From: Escherichia phage UPEC01
Length of the DNA: 64,000 nucleotides
Reading direction: 5' to 3' (one strand)
Sequence record: MW233709
This document shows, piece by piece, positions 25,059-34,508 of the stretch. Every line of letters begins with the position of its first letter. Positions within the stretch are counted from its first letter, which is position 1. The notes beneath the pieces were generated by a model. It was given only the letters and a program-made list of their open reading frames with translations. It did no database searches and had not been told where the DNA came from. The position numbers were made by a program, and so were the translations under genes.

Positions 25059-26891
25059 ATGATGATTAATAATGAAATTAAAGTACTCTCGGACGTCGAG
25101 CATATCAAAAAACGTTCCGGGATGTATATTGGTTCCAGTTCAAATGAAGCGCATGAGCGATTCTTGTTTGGTGAATATAAGTCTGTAAGCTATGTTCCTG
25201 GTATTGTAAAACTGATTGATGAAATTATCGATAACTCTGTTGATGAAGCAATTCGCACCAGTTTTAAATTTGCCAATAAAATTGATGTTCAAATTAAAGA
25301 TAATCAGATTTCGGTTTCTGATAATGGTCGTGGTATTCCTCAAGCAATGGTTACAGACCAAAACGGTGAACAAATCCCTGGCCCTGTTGCAGCATGGACT
25401 ATTCCAAAAGCCGGTGGCAACTTCGGTGATGATGCTGAACGTAAAACTGGCGGGATGAATGGTGTCGGGTCTTCTCTGACCAATATTTTCTCTGTATTGT
25501 TCACCGGGATTACCTCTGATGGAGCAAACGAAATTACTGTTAACTGCTCCAACGGTATGGAAAACAAAGGTTGGTCCACCAAGAAATCTAAGGGCAAAGG
25601 TACAACTGTTATATTTGTTCCAGATTTTAGTCACTTTGAAGAAAATAGTCTGTCCCAGATTTATCTGGATATTACATTGGACCGTTTACAGACTCTCGCG
25701 GTTGTTTATCCGGATATTCAGTTCACCTTTAATGGTAAAAAGGTTGATGGTAATTTCAAGAAGTTCTCCAAGCAATTCGGAACCGAAGTTGTTATCCAGG
25801 AAACTGATACAGTATCAATGGCTTTTACGACCAGCCCGGATGGTTTCCGTCAGTTGACTTATGTCAACAACATTCATACAAAGAATGGCGGACACCACGT
25901 TGAATGTGTTATGGATGATATCTGTGAACACCTTCAGCCTGCGATTAAGCGCAAATATAAAGGCATCGAGGTGACCAAGGCACGAGTTAAAGAATGCCTC
26001 ACCATGCTTATGTTCATCCGCGATATGAGCAACATGCGATTTGATTCCCAGACCAAGGAGCGATTGACTTCTCCGGCTGGTGAAATTCGAAATCACATTA
26101 AGATTGATGCTAAGAAAATCGCACAAGCTATTCTGAAAAATGAACCGCTGATTATGCCGATTGTTGAAGCTGCATTGGCTCGTAAATTGGCTGCAGAGAA
26201 AGCAGCAGAGACCAAGGCGAATAAGAAAGCTTCGAAGGCCAAGGTGCAGAAACACATCAAGGCAAACGAATGGGGCAATGATAAGCTGGAAACGACTCTA
26301 TTCCTGACCGAAGGGGATTCTGCAACTGGTCCATTTATCAAGGTTCGCGACCGTGAATTGCAAGGTGCTTATCCATTACGTGGTAAGTTTAAAAACACAT
26401 GGGGTCTGAAAGCTGTTGAAGTTATGAAGAACGCTGAAGCCTTTGATGTGTGTGCAATTACTGGGTTAACGATTGGACAACCGGCCGAGAATATGAATTA
26501 CCGAAACATTGCTATCATGACAGATGCGGATGTGGATGGTGTCGGTAGTATCTATCCATCGTTATTGGCGTTTTTCAGTAACTGGCCAGAGTTGTTCCAT
26601 GAAGGACGAATTCGCTTTGTGAAAACACCTGTTATTATTGCACAGCTCAAAGATAAACAAGAATGGTTCTATTCTCTTCCTGACTATGAAGAAGCTAAGG
26701 ATAAACTTCCGAAGCACACCATCCGATATATCAAGGGGCTTGGTTCTCTGGAAGATTCCGAGTACAAACGCGTATTGCTCGAACCGGTATTCGAAGTTGT
26801 TCAATTGCCCGACAACTGGAAAGAACTGTTCGAAATGCTATTCGGTAAAGATTCCCAGCAGCGTAAAGACTGGATGAATGCGACGCTATAA
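25059..26891 (+). CDS. 39: DNA topoisomerase II large subunit (gp39 fused with gp60 region; GyrB-like)
   Basis: 610 aa; GHKL ATPase motifs (IDNSVDEA, GMNGVGSS), TOPRIM region; continuous ORF without gene 60 split. Confidence 0.93.
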   Translation: MMINNEIKVLSDVEHIKKRSGMYIGSSSNEAHERFLFGEYKSVSYVPGIVKLIDEIIDNSVDEAIRTSFKFANKIDVQIKDNQISVSDNGRGIPQAMVTDQNGEQIPGPVAAWTIPKAGGNFGDDAERKTGGMNGVGSSLTNIFSVLFTGITSDGANEITVNCSNGMENKGWSTKKSKGKGTTVIFVPDFSHFEENSLSQIYLDITLDRLQTLAVVYPDIQFTFNGKKVDGNFKKFSKQFGTEVVIQETDTVSMAFTTSPDGFRQLTYVNNIHTKNGGHHVECVMDDICEHLQPAIKRKYKGIEVTKARVKECLTMLMFIRDMSNMRFDSQTKERLTSPAGEIRNHIKIDAKKIAQAILKNEPLIMPIVEAALARKLAAEKAAETKANKKASKAKVQKHIKANEWGNDKLETTLFLTEGDSATGPFIKVRDRELQGAYPLRGKFKNTWGLKAVEVMKNAEAFDVCAITGLTIGQPAENMNYRNIAIMTDADVDGVGSIYPSLLAFFSNWPELFHEGRIRFVKTPVIIAQLKDKQEWFYSLPDYEEAKDKLPKHTIRYIKGLGSLEDSEYKRVLLEPVFEVVQLPDNWKELFEMLFGKDSQQRKDWMNATL

Positions 26892-26894
26892 ATA
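26887..26894 (+). promoter_or_regulatory. late promoter TATAAATA
   Basis: Exact consensus overlapping gene 39 stop, followed by 20-bp palindrome. Confidence 0.45.
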
Positions 26895-26933
26895 GATACG
26901 GGAGAATATTCTCCCGTCTTATAGGAGAAGTCC

Positions 26934-27086
26934 ATGAAAAAGTGGTGGGTTACGTTGTCAAATGGCGAATACGGTTATCTGTGGGCCGATACTAAACCCC
27001 TGTTTGCATCCTTTGTCACCATTATGTGCGAGACCTGGGATGGTGAATACTATACCGCGTATGGGCAAGTCTATAAAGTTGAGTAG
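26934..27086 (+). CDS. hypothetical protein (50 aa)
   Basis: ORF with AGGAGAAG RBS. Confidence 0.35.
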   Translation: MKKWWVTLSNGEYGYLWADTKPLFASFVTIMCETWDGEYYTAYGQVYKVE

Positions 27087-27088
27087 CC

Positions 27089-27112
27089 AAAAGGACCTTC
27101 GGGTCCTTTTTT
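27089..27112 (+). terminator. intrinsic terminator hairpin
   Basis: aaaaggaccttcgggtcctttttt. Confidence 0.65.
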
Positions 27113-27288
27113 ATTATGTACAAGCCATAAAAATTGCGTTAAGATGTCCTTGAGGTGAAAATATGATTATGTCTGACGGAAGTTTAGTTAATCTACATTT
27201 TTTATTATGTACAAGCCATAAAAATTGCGTTAAGATGTCCTTGAGGTGAAAATATGATTATGTCTGACGGAAGTTTAGTTAATCTACA
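27107..27288 (+). repeat. perfect 91-bp tandem duplication (2 copies) covering promoter, RBS and first 12 codons
   Basis: 27107-27197 identical to 27198-27288. Confidence 0.95.
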
Positions 27289-27538
27289 GAATGTTGCTCG
27301 TTGTATTATGGAAGCAGGCCTGAGGAAGGTGCAGGAGCTCCCAGATAGCGACAGGAAGCGAAGTTACTTGTTGGCTGTAAGAGCATCAGCCATGAGCATT
27401 AAGGCTGGCCAGAAGGTTCCTGAGGAGCGAATTGAAGCACTCCTTGCATTGATATACCATGGCCAAGAACATAAAGCTACCATGCGTAGTATGAGAAAAA
27501 TATTACAGGAGATTGGAAATGACGAACTTCAAAGTTAA
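27254..27538 (+). CDS. hypothetical protein (94 aa)
   Basis: Starts in second copy of the 91-bp duplication; first copy gives a truncated 28-aa ORF (27163-27249). Confidence 0.5.
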   Translation: MIMSDGSLVNLQNVARCIMEAGLRKVQELPDSDRKRSYLLAVRASAMSIKAGQKVPEERIEALLALIYHGQEHKATMRSMRKILQEIGNDELQS

Positions 27539-27722
27539 TATGGAACTGTTTGATAAGGCTATCCATAAAGAGTACCGTGTTATCCAACGATTTTTTGATA
27601 TAAGAGAAGCTGAAGAGTTTAAAGAACGCTTCAAAGAAATCCGTATTAAAATAGCTTCAGACACCGCAACAAAGGATGAACTTCTTGAAGTTGCAGAATT
27701 AATCAAACGTAACATAAAGTGA
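27513..27722 (+). CDS. hypothetical protein (69 aa)
   Basis: ORF with AGGAG RBS; alternative start 27540. Confidence 0.4.
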   Translation: MEMTNFKVNMELFDKAIHKEYRVIQRFFDIREAEEFKERFKEIRIKIASDTATKDELLEVAELIKRNIK

Positions 27723-27729
27723 GAAAAAC

Positions 27730-29964
27730 ATGATTTTAGAAACTGAAAAGGAAACAATCCTTGGTAATGGTGCCAAGGCATCAGCATTCACAATCCAGGC
27801 ATCTCCAAAGGTGTTTAAGATTCTGACCAGCGACCTTTATACAAACAAGGTGCGTGCGGTTGTTCGTGAGCTGATTACCAATATGATTGATGCTCATATG
27901 CTCAATGGTTGTCAGGATAAATTCATTGTGCAAGCTCCTGGTGAACTGGACCCACGTTTTGTATGCCGTGACTTTGGTCCGGGTATGAGTGATTTCCAGA
28001 TTCGTGGTGATGAAAATACCCCAGGTCTGTATAACAGTTTCTTTGCATCATCCAAGGCTGAATCCAACGATTTTATTGGCGGCTTTGGTCTGGGCTCTAA
28101 ATCTCCGTTCAGTTATACAGAGACGTTTAGCCTGATTTCATATCACGATGGTCAAGTTAATGGTTATGTCGCTTATATGGACGGCGATGGCCCACAGATT
28201 AAACCAACCTTTAGCGAACCAATGAAACCTGGTGACCGCACGGGGATTGAAGTTGTTGTCCCGGTTGATAGTAATGATTTTGGTAAGTTCCGCTACGAGA
28301 TTGCATATATCATGCGTCCATTTGCTGGACTGGCTGAAGTGCAAGGCGTAAGCGAAATTGAATACTTCCCGGAATTTGATGATTATTATGCTCCAGAGCG
28401 TATTAATTATAGCAGCCCAGAACGTTATGGTCTTTATGCAATTTACGGTGGAATTGTTTATCCAATTGCCGACGGTTATACAAAGAAAACCTGGATGACT
28501 GCCAAAAACGATGTTGTCTTTATTAAGTTCCCGATGGGTTCGTTGGATATTGCACCTTCTCGCGAAGCATTATCACTGGATAAACGTACGGTCGCAAATA
28601 TCGTTGAACGTATTGAATCCCTTGATAAGAAAGTCATGGAAGATGATTGTAAGAAATGGCAGGAATCAGAATGTATCCGCCACACGTATCGCGAATTACA
28701 GAGTCTGAGTTATGAAGCTCGTAATTTTCTGAAAGCTCGTAATGCTGAAACGAAATTTACGAAATCGCAATTGACCTTTAACCAGATGTATGAAATGTTC
28801 GAGCTGGACAAAGACCTTATTAATGCCGGGGTTGTCTATGATATCTATAGCACTACCCGTCTGAAACGTCTGCGTAACTCAAGCTCGAACACGAATACTG
28901 CAAGTCTGACGAGCATGTTTGGTATTCAGAATAATACCTTGAACATTGTTATTGACGATGCTAAAGGGCGAATTGCGATGATTCGTGGTATCAGTTCAAT
29001 GCTATATGACACCAGCGCGAAAGCCAAAAAGCTCAAAGCATCTGGTAAAGTCCCGACTGTACAAGGTAGTAGTCTATTGTTCGTTGACCCAACCAGCGAA
29101 ATTCAAACACGTCTGATGGTTCAACTTCAAGAACGATTTAAAGGCGATACAGTTAATATCTATCGTACGTCTGAACTGACCGCCCTTGTAAAAGACTGGA
29201 TTCCGGTTGCTGACCCGAAAGCGCGCGTTAAGTCAAAGACTCCATCATTGATTCGTTGGACTAAAACTAATGGCAAATGGCAGTCTGTTGAAGAATTTAC
29301 ATGTGCAGCTGATGCAGAGGAAATCGATGGTTATGCTGTATTCATTAACCGCAGTAGCATTTCCCCGTTGAATCAAGAATATGGCACCACGACCTTCGGG
29401 ACCCAGACATTGTGTAAACTGGCAAACCTGTTGGAAATCAATGAATTCTGTGTTATTCGTCCACAGCTTCAGAAAAAGATTACCAAGCTGGCGCAGTGTG
29501 ATTGTCTGATTGAAGCTGCAGTCAATCGTTATGTGGAATTGATTGATGCGGTTGATGCGGACCAGTACATTGCCGCTTCAAGCCGTTCGCGTTATTATAT
29601 TCCTATCCTGTCTGAATATGCAGAACTGAATTTTATGTTCAAGTATTTTTATGCAAAAGATGTTCAGAAAGATGTGAATACTGACTATGCCGAATTAATG
29701 CAGTTCAATAAGTTCTTTGCTTATAACGCATATAACAGTGGAACAGTTGATAAGACCATGCAGGAAACTCTGGTCCTTTGTAATAAGATTTATGACGACC
29801 TGACCAAAAACGCTTCGGTAACAAGCGATAAAATGGTTTTTGAATTTGAAAAGAATCACCCGATTGTTTCACACTTTTTATATAACCGTAACGCCATGTC
29901 AACTGAACAAGTACAGAACGTTGCTCAAATCATGAAGGCCGTGGAAGCGGCCAATAAGGAATAA
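27730..29964 (+). CDS. rIIA: rIIA protein (GHKL-ATPase-like N-terminus)
   Basis: 744 aa; Bergerat-fold motifs ELITNMIDA, DFGPGMS, GGFGLGSKS; position between 39 and rIIB as T4. Confidence 0.8.
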   Translation: MILETEKETILGNGAKASAFTIQASPKVFKILTSDLYTNKVRAVVRELITNMIDAHMLNGCQDKFIVQAPGELDPRFVCRDFGPGMSDFQIRGDENTPGLYNSFFASSKAESNDFIGGFGLGSKSPFSYTETFSLISYHDGQVNGYVAYMDGDGPQIKPTFSEPMKPGDRTGIEVVVPVDSNDFGKFRYEIAYIMRPFAGLAEVQGVSEIEYFPEFDDYYAPERINYSSPERYGLYAIYGGIVYPIADGYTKKTWMTAKNDVVFIKFPMGSLDIAPSREALSLDKRTVANIVERIESLDKKVMEDDCKKWQESECIRHTYRELQSLSYEARNFLKARNAETKFTKSQLTFNQMYEMFELDKDLINAGVVYDIYSTTRLKRLRNSSSNTNTASLTSMFGIQNNTLNIVIDDAKGRIAMIRGISSMLYDTSAKAKKLKASGKVPTVQGSSLLFVDPTSEIQTRLMVQLQERFKGDTVNIYRTSELTALVKDWIPVADPKARVKSKTPSLIRWTKTNGKWQSVEEFTCAADAEEIDGYAVFINRSSISPLNQEYGTTTFGTQTLCKLANLLEINEFCVIRPQLQKKITKLAQCDCLIEAAVNRYVELIDAVDADQYIAASSRSRYYIPILSEYAELNFMFKYFYAKDVQKDVNTDYAELMQFNKFFAYNAYNSGTVDKTMQETLVLCNKIYDDLTKNASVTSDKMVFEFEKNHPIVSHFLYNRNAMSTEQVQNVAQIMKAVEAANKE

Positions 29965-29965
29965 T

Positions 29966-30940
29966 ATGTTTAATATCAAATGTATGTCTAAAGCCGAACA
30001 AGCTGATGTGGTCCAGATGTATTCAACGGGCAATTATACCCAGCCTGAATTGGCAGAATATTTTGCTGTGTCCGTTGACACCATTCGCCGCGTTTTGAAA
30101 AATGATAAAGAATCAAAATTAGCTAAAACCATTTCTGCATCACTGAAAGCAGCTGTTGGTGTGGCGATTAATGCTCCGGTGACAGTAACGGTTGAAGTCC
30201 CGGTTGTTGAAGATACAATCGGTGGAAGCCGCCCGGAAATCGTATGGAACGCATCGAGTAAATTCGTTTCCATCACTGAAGGCCGTACAGTCTGGAACGC
30301 AACAAAAGACCATAAACACTTTGATGATATTATTCAGGCATTGATTGAATTCCGTTATGAAGATGCTATTGAGTATATCTCAATCAAAGCCGCGGTGCAA
30401 AAATATGTGAAAGGTGATGTGCGTATTGAAGGTGGTAGTCTGTTCTATCAGGGAATTGAACTGCGCTCTGGTTTGGTTACTCGTATCATCGATTCAATGC
30501 AAAATGGCGAAGACTTTGAATTCTATCTGCCATTCCTTGAAAATCTCCTTGAGAACCCAAGCGAAAAAGCAGTACAACGTTTGTTTGACTTCCTGGTTGC
30601 GAATGATATCGAAATCACCGAAGACGGTCATTTCATCGCATGGAAAATGGTTCGTTCAACCTACAAAGATTGTCACTCAAACACATTCGACAACAGTCCT
30701 GGTCAATATGTTAAAATGCCACGCTCTCGTGTGAATGACAATGACGAACAGACCTGTTCAACTGGGCTGCACGTTTGTTCTAAAGGTTATATCGGAAGTG
30801 GTTTTGGTCATGGTGATGGGCGCATCGTATCCTGTAAAGTTCACCCGCGTGATGTTGTAAGTATCCCGGTAGATTATAACGATTCCAAAATGAGGGTCTG
30901 TGGTTACCTGGTTCTTGATGATGTAACTGAACAATTTTAA
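29966..30940 (+). CDS. rIIB: rIIB protein
   Basis: 324 aa; N-terminus MFNIKCMSKAEQADVVQMYSTGNYTQPELAEYFAVSVDTIRRVLKN matches T4 rIIB. Confidence 0.85.
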   Translation: MFNIKCMSKAEQADVVQMYSTGNYTQPELAEYFAVSVDTIRRVLKNDKESKLAKTISASLKAAVGVAINAPVTVTVEVPVVEDTIGGSRPEIVWNASSKFVSITEGRTVWNATKDHKHFDDIIQALIEFRYEDAIEYISIKAAVQKYVKGDVRIEGGSLFYQGIELRSGLVTRIIDSMQNGEDFEFYLPFLENLLENPSEKAVQRLFDFLVANDIEITEDGHFIAWKMVRSTYKDCHSNTFDNSPGQYVKMPRSRVNDNDEQTCSTGLHVCSKGYIGSGFGHGDGRIVSCKVHPRDVVSIPVDYNDSKMRVCGYLVLDDVTEQF

Positions 30941-30973
30941 ATTAATCGGGGCTTCGGCCCCTAATGAGGCTTT

Positions 30974-31171
30974 ATGTTAGGTTTCCAAGCACGTGTAGTT
31001 GAAGAGTATGACCAGCTGGTTTTGAAAATTAACGCTCTTGAAGAGTTTATTAAGGGTGGAGTTTTTGAAACTCTCGATGCTCGTCAACAAGGTCTTTTGA
31101 ATGCCCAGTTAGATGCAATGAGTGCTTATGCTCATGTACTGGCAATTCGTATCTCTTATTTTGGTGAATAA
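30974..31171 (+). CDS. hypothetical protein (65 aa)
   Basis: ORF after GGGGCTTCGGCCCC hairpin. Confidence 0.45.
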   Translation: MLGFQARVVEEYDQLVLKINALEEFIKGGVFETLDARQQGLLNAQLDAMSAYAHVLAIRISYFGE

Positions 31172-31174
31172 ATT

Positions 31175-31444
31175 ATGATTAAGCATTTCAATGTGTCAGA
31201 CCGTGACATCAAAGTTTCAAATCTCCGGGGTCACCATTACGCAGGAATAGTTTACTGTGGTAAGCTCATTAAGCATGAAGGTGATGTTCACTATGGCTGG
31301 TTGGAATGTGATGAAGTAGTTGTTGGGGAATTCCCTGACCCGGATTCTGATACATTTGATGCTAATGACCGTTTGTACTATGGCGAGCTTCATATCCGAG
31401 GAATCGTCGGTATCGATGAGGTTCAAGATGATTCAGAAGAGTAA
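31175..31444 (+). CDS. hypothetical protein (89 aa)
   Basis: ORF. Confidence 0.45.
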   Translation: MIKHFNVSDRDIKVSNLRGHHYAGIVYCGKLIKHEGDVHYGWLECDEVVVGEFPDPDSDTFDANDRLYYGELHIRGIVGIDEVQDDSEE

Positions 31445-32021
31445 AACATGGGAGCATCTGAAAAAGATGCCCTCCTTTCTTTATACAAAGGAAGACTTAA
31501 CCCCCGAATCCCTGCAAAAGATTGTAGATACAGCCAGGTATTCATTGCGTAAAGACCCGGGTCAGGACCGTGAGCAAGTCATGCAAAGATGTATGGTGGC
31601 TACAATGGCTGAACAAGCTATTGCTAAATGGACTTCAGGTTTTTTATGCGGCGGCGACGAAGATTACGATAATCCTTATTCCTTTGCATTTGATGTAGTT
31701 TCGAAAGAAGGGGTGAGAATCGAAGTCAAGACACATCAATCTGGCTCCAAATGGATATCCGTGCATACTGGTCACCAGGGTGATTATCCACATGGTTACG
31801 GGGTCAATCTTGGTCCTTTTATGCAACACAAGCTTGCCGACCTTATGATTATGTTCAATGTAAAAGAGACTATCAAAGGGTATAGATTTAAACCAAAATT
31901 CCTTGCTGGACCTGGTGCTTTCGTTCCTGAGTCTGGTCTTGTGCAGAAGTCACAAGGGGATGGCTGGTACCTCCGTTCTTGTTCAGAAGAAAAATTTCCC
32001 TATCACCGGTTTACAAGCTGA
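31428..32021 (+). CDS. putative PD-(D/E)xK-like nuclease (DenB/endonuclease IV candidate by position)
   Basis: 197 aa from ATG 31428; FAFDVVSKEGVRIEVKTHQ resembles D...E.K motif; T4 denB lies next to rIIB. Confidence 0.4.
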   Translation: MIQKSKTWEHLKKMPSFLYTKEDLTPESLQKIVDTARYSLRKDPGQDREQVMQRCMVATMAEQAIAKWTSGFLCGGDEDYDNPYSFAFDVVSKEGVRIEVKTHQSGSKWISVHTGHQGDYPHGYGVNLGPFMQHKLADLMIMFNVKETIKGYRFKPKFLAGPGAFVPESGLVQKSQGDGWYLRSCSEEKFPYHRFTS

Positions 32022-32068
32022 ACCAACCATGTAATAATGTCCTCATACCAACAAATGAGGACATTATC

Positions 32069-32344
32069 ATGGAACACGTTACTACTCATCACATCAAACA
32101 AATTCTTATTCAAGCACTCAAAAACAACAACATCAATTTTCCAACCCATGAAATTTTTGATGTGTTATTCAACGAAGTCCAGGGTCAAGTTGCATATTAT
32201 GACGTTATCGTTTATCTTTCAGAATTTGAAGTCTACCACCTGACTGAAATTGCTTTCTATCTCTATCGTGGGACTGCAGATTTTACTGGGGTCGTGAATG
32301 CAGTTGGCGCATATAAAGAAGTTAAAGAACAAATGCACAATTAA
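32069..32344 (+). CDS. hypothetical protein (91 aa)
   Basis: ATG 32069; SD lies within a 13-bp inverted repeat. Confidence 0.45.
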   Translation: MEHVTTHHIKQILIQALKNNNINFPTHEIFDVLFNEVQGQVAYYDVIVYLSEFEVYHLTEIAFYLYRGTADFTGVVNAVGAYKEVKEQMHN

Positions 32345-32354
32345 TTAAAAAGTA

Positions 32355-32384
32355 GTGTACATCAGTATGGAGTCTATGTATAAT
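32355..32384 (+). promoter_or_regulatory. early-type promoter
   Basis: AAAAAGTAGTGTACA ... TATAAT then leader GATTCCATACTGAGTTAC. Confidence 0.5.
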
Positions 32385-32418
32385 GATTCCATACTGAGTT
32401 ACCAAACTGGAGAATAAA

Positions 32419-32574
32419 ATGAAACCTGCTCAATATGCAATGACTTTATACCTTGAAGTTAATGGCGATATTACTGAATTTTTTAAATTAATGCAACAGC
32501 GCGGAAAAAGTTTTGCAGTTACTGAGCGTCAATTTTACGCTTGCCGTAAAAATACATACAATCGTTATGCGTGA
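32419..32574 (+). CDS. hypothetical protein (51 aa)
   Basis: ORF with GGAGAATAAAATG leader. Confidence 0.35.
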   Translation: MKPAQYAMTLYLEVNGDITEFFKLMQQRGKSFAVTERQFYACRKNTYNRYA

Positions 32575-32584
32575 GGAAAACAGA

Positions 32585-32851
32585 ATGGATATTAAATTAT
32601 ACTACGCCAAACACAAAGTTACAGGTATGGTTGTTGCTGCTATGTATGATGCGTCAGGTGATGGTGATGATATTACTACAGAATTGTCTCTTTCTGAATG
32701 TAAATTTCTTCGCCCGCTAGTTGCCTCAAAGCGTGATTTAAAAAAGCTTATTGATGGAAAACTGGATAATGTTGATGGCATAGATATTCTTTATGACCTT
32801 CGCACCGCATTGCACAGGGGTCTGATTGAAATAAAAGAGGTGATATTTTGA
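32585..32851 (+). CDS. hypothetical protein (88 aa)
   Basis: ATG 32585 with AGGAAAA RBS. Confidence 0.45.
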   Translation: MDIKLYYAKHKVTGMVVAAMYDASGDGDDITTELSLSECKFLRPLVASKRDLKKLIDGKLDNVDGIDILYDLRTALHRGLIEIKEVIF

Positions 32852-32942
32852 GCAGCAAAACCTGGTGTCTTATCTGGATGTTGTGTATCCCAGTAATTTG
32901 CGTTTGTTTTAGTTTATTATTAATGAAACTTGCATAAAAGAG

Positions 32943-32970
32943 TGTACATCTCCGGTGGTTGTAGTATAAT
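32943..32970 (+). promoter_or_regulatory. early-type promoter
   Basis: AGTGTACA ... TATAAT then CCTATCAACTACTGGAG leader. Confidence 0.5.
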
Positions 32971-32996
32971 GAACCTATCAACTACTGGAGATGATT

Positions 32997-33113
32997 ATGA
33001 AAAAGTTACTTAAAGCCATTTGGAACATGTTTGTACTGTTTGTTGTCCTGAGCATTTTCCCAATTGTTTTTATGATTGACCATGTACGCGTTTACTTTAA
33101 CTATTTCTTTTGA
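32997..33113 (+). CDS. small membrane protein (38 aa)
   Basis: MKKLLKAIWNMFVLFVVLSIFPIVFMI... Confidence 0.3.
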   Translation: MKKLLKAIWNMFVLFVVLSIFPIVFMIDHVRVYFNYFF

Positions 33114-33123
33114 GGATAATATT

Positions 33124-33330
33124 ATGAATTACAATTCACAATTTCAGAAATCTAATCGTCGCTTTGACTTTATGTTCAAGTTTATTGTGGCAATGATTAT
33201 CCTGATTTTCATTGGTGCCATTGCAATGATTGGTTTCCAGCTCTGGATTGCTGCTGAAGTGTTCACACAAATCCAGGATAATGGTTTGAAGTCTGTTGTT
33301 GATGTAATTTGGAATGGTGCTAAGCAATGA
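33124..33330 (+). CDS. small membrane protein (68 aa)
   Basis: ATG 33124 with GAGGA RBS; one TM helix. Confidence 0.45.
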   Translation: MNYNSQFQKSNRRFDFMFKFIVAMIILIFIGAIAMIGFQLWIAAEVFTQIQDNGLKSVVDVIWNGAKQ

Positions 33331-33572
33331 AACTTTTTAAAGACATTGCAGTTGGTGAAAAATTTGTCCTGGGTAATGGTCAACAACTGATTCGCATTTC
33401 GCCTTTAATGGATAACAGTGAGCGCCCTGTGCGTACTGAAAACTGTTTGGATTATCCTTTTTATCAGAAACGTTTTGCAATTGAAAATAATACTGAGTGC
33501 TTCACAGTTGATGAACTGATGGAATCATCAGAAGAAGTTGACTTGTGGGATGGCGCGGTAGATGTAGAATAG
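33327..33572 (+). CDS. hypothetical protein (81 aa)
   Basis: ATGA-coupled ORF. Confidence 0.45.
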   Translation: MKLFKDIAVGEKFVLGNGQQLIRISPLMDNSERPVRTENCLDYPFYQKRFAIENNTECFTVDELMESSEEVDLWDGAVDVE

Positions 33573-33601
33573 TGTACAAACTCATGGGAGCAGAGTATAA
33601 T
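33572..33601 (+). promoter_or_regulatory. early-type promoter
   Basis: GTGTACAA ... gggagcagagTATAATgttccc. Confidence 0.5.
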
Positions 33602-33639
33602 GTTCCCGTGGATAATAAAATTTAATTGAGGAAAATATT

Positions 33640-33984
33640 ATGTCTAAAGTATTTTTTGGTAATCGCAACATTATGTTCTTTAAACAGATTAGCATATCAG
33701 AAGCATTTGATTTAAGTTATTCAGGTGGTACAAAAGCTGTTAACCTTAAAAATTTGATGTCTGCAGAATTTGCATTCTATCAGGACCCTGAAACTGGTTT
33801 CTATAAATTTATTAAGTTCCGCATGACTATGGACCGCGATTATCGCGATGTTTATTATACAAGTTATGAAAGTGTTGTGAATGCAATTCGTGAAGCTTAT
33901 GGGTTGGATTCGTTGTCTCTTGACCGTCTGTATAATGCAAGCCTTTACACCAGTGGATTTATTTTAGAACAACTACAAAAATAG
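33640..33984 (+). CDS. hypothetical protein (114 aa)
   Basis: ORF with GAGGAAAA RBS. Confidence 0.5.
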   Translation: MSKVFFGNRNIMFFKQISISEAFDLSYSGGTKAVNLKNLMSAEFAFYQDPETGFYKFIKFRMTMDRDYRDVYYTSYESVVNAIREAYGLDSLSLDRLYNASLYTSGFILEQLQK

Positions 33985-34013
33985 TGTACAAACTCTTGGG
34001 GTCAGAGTATAAT
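33984..34013 (+). promoter_or_regulatory. early-type promoter with -10 inside palindrome
   Basis: GTGTACAA ... ggggtcagagTATAATgacccc. Confidence 0.5.
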
Positions 34014-34057
34014 GACCCCACTGGAGCACAAAACTTTAACTTACTGAGGAAATTAAT

Positions 34058-34507
34058 ATGACTACTTACATGACCCGTCGTGACGTACTGAATGCTGGTG
34101 CTACCACTGTTGCTTATATCCATAATGGTAATTATGTTGCCGGTCGCCCAACTAAAGAAGCTATCGCTCAACCAGGTTTTTATTTCGTGGTTAAAGGTGA
34201 AGGCGAATCACGTATTGTTGCTGCACGTTTTTATGTTGGTAACCAACGTTCACAACAAGGGTTTGACACTGTATTAAGTCACATCCGCAAACAACGTTCA
34301 CAATTGTCTCGCACAATGGCGAACAATGGTGTTATCTATGAAGTCCTGTTTGTTCCAGTTTCTAAAATGAAACCCCTGACAACTGGTTATGGTAAAGGTC
34401 AAATTGCGATGGCGTTCACTCGCTCACATAGTTCTGATTGCCAGACCCTTTCAGAAATGAATCGCATGCTTGCTGATAACTTTAAATTCATTCTGCAGAG
34501 CTATTAA
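34058..34507 (+). CDS. hypothetical protein (149 aa; Ndd candidate by size/position)
   Basis: T4 ndd (151 aa) lies between denB and stp/ac; sequence not verified. Confidence 0.4.
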   Translation: MTTYMTRRDVLNAGATTVAYIHNGNYVAGRPTKEAIAQPGFYFVVKGEGESRIVAARFYVGNQRSQQGFDTVLSHIRKQRSQLSRTMANNGVIYEVLFVPVSKMKPLTTGYGKGQIAMAFTRSHSSDCQTLSEMNRMLADNFKFILQSY

Positions 34508-34508
34508 T

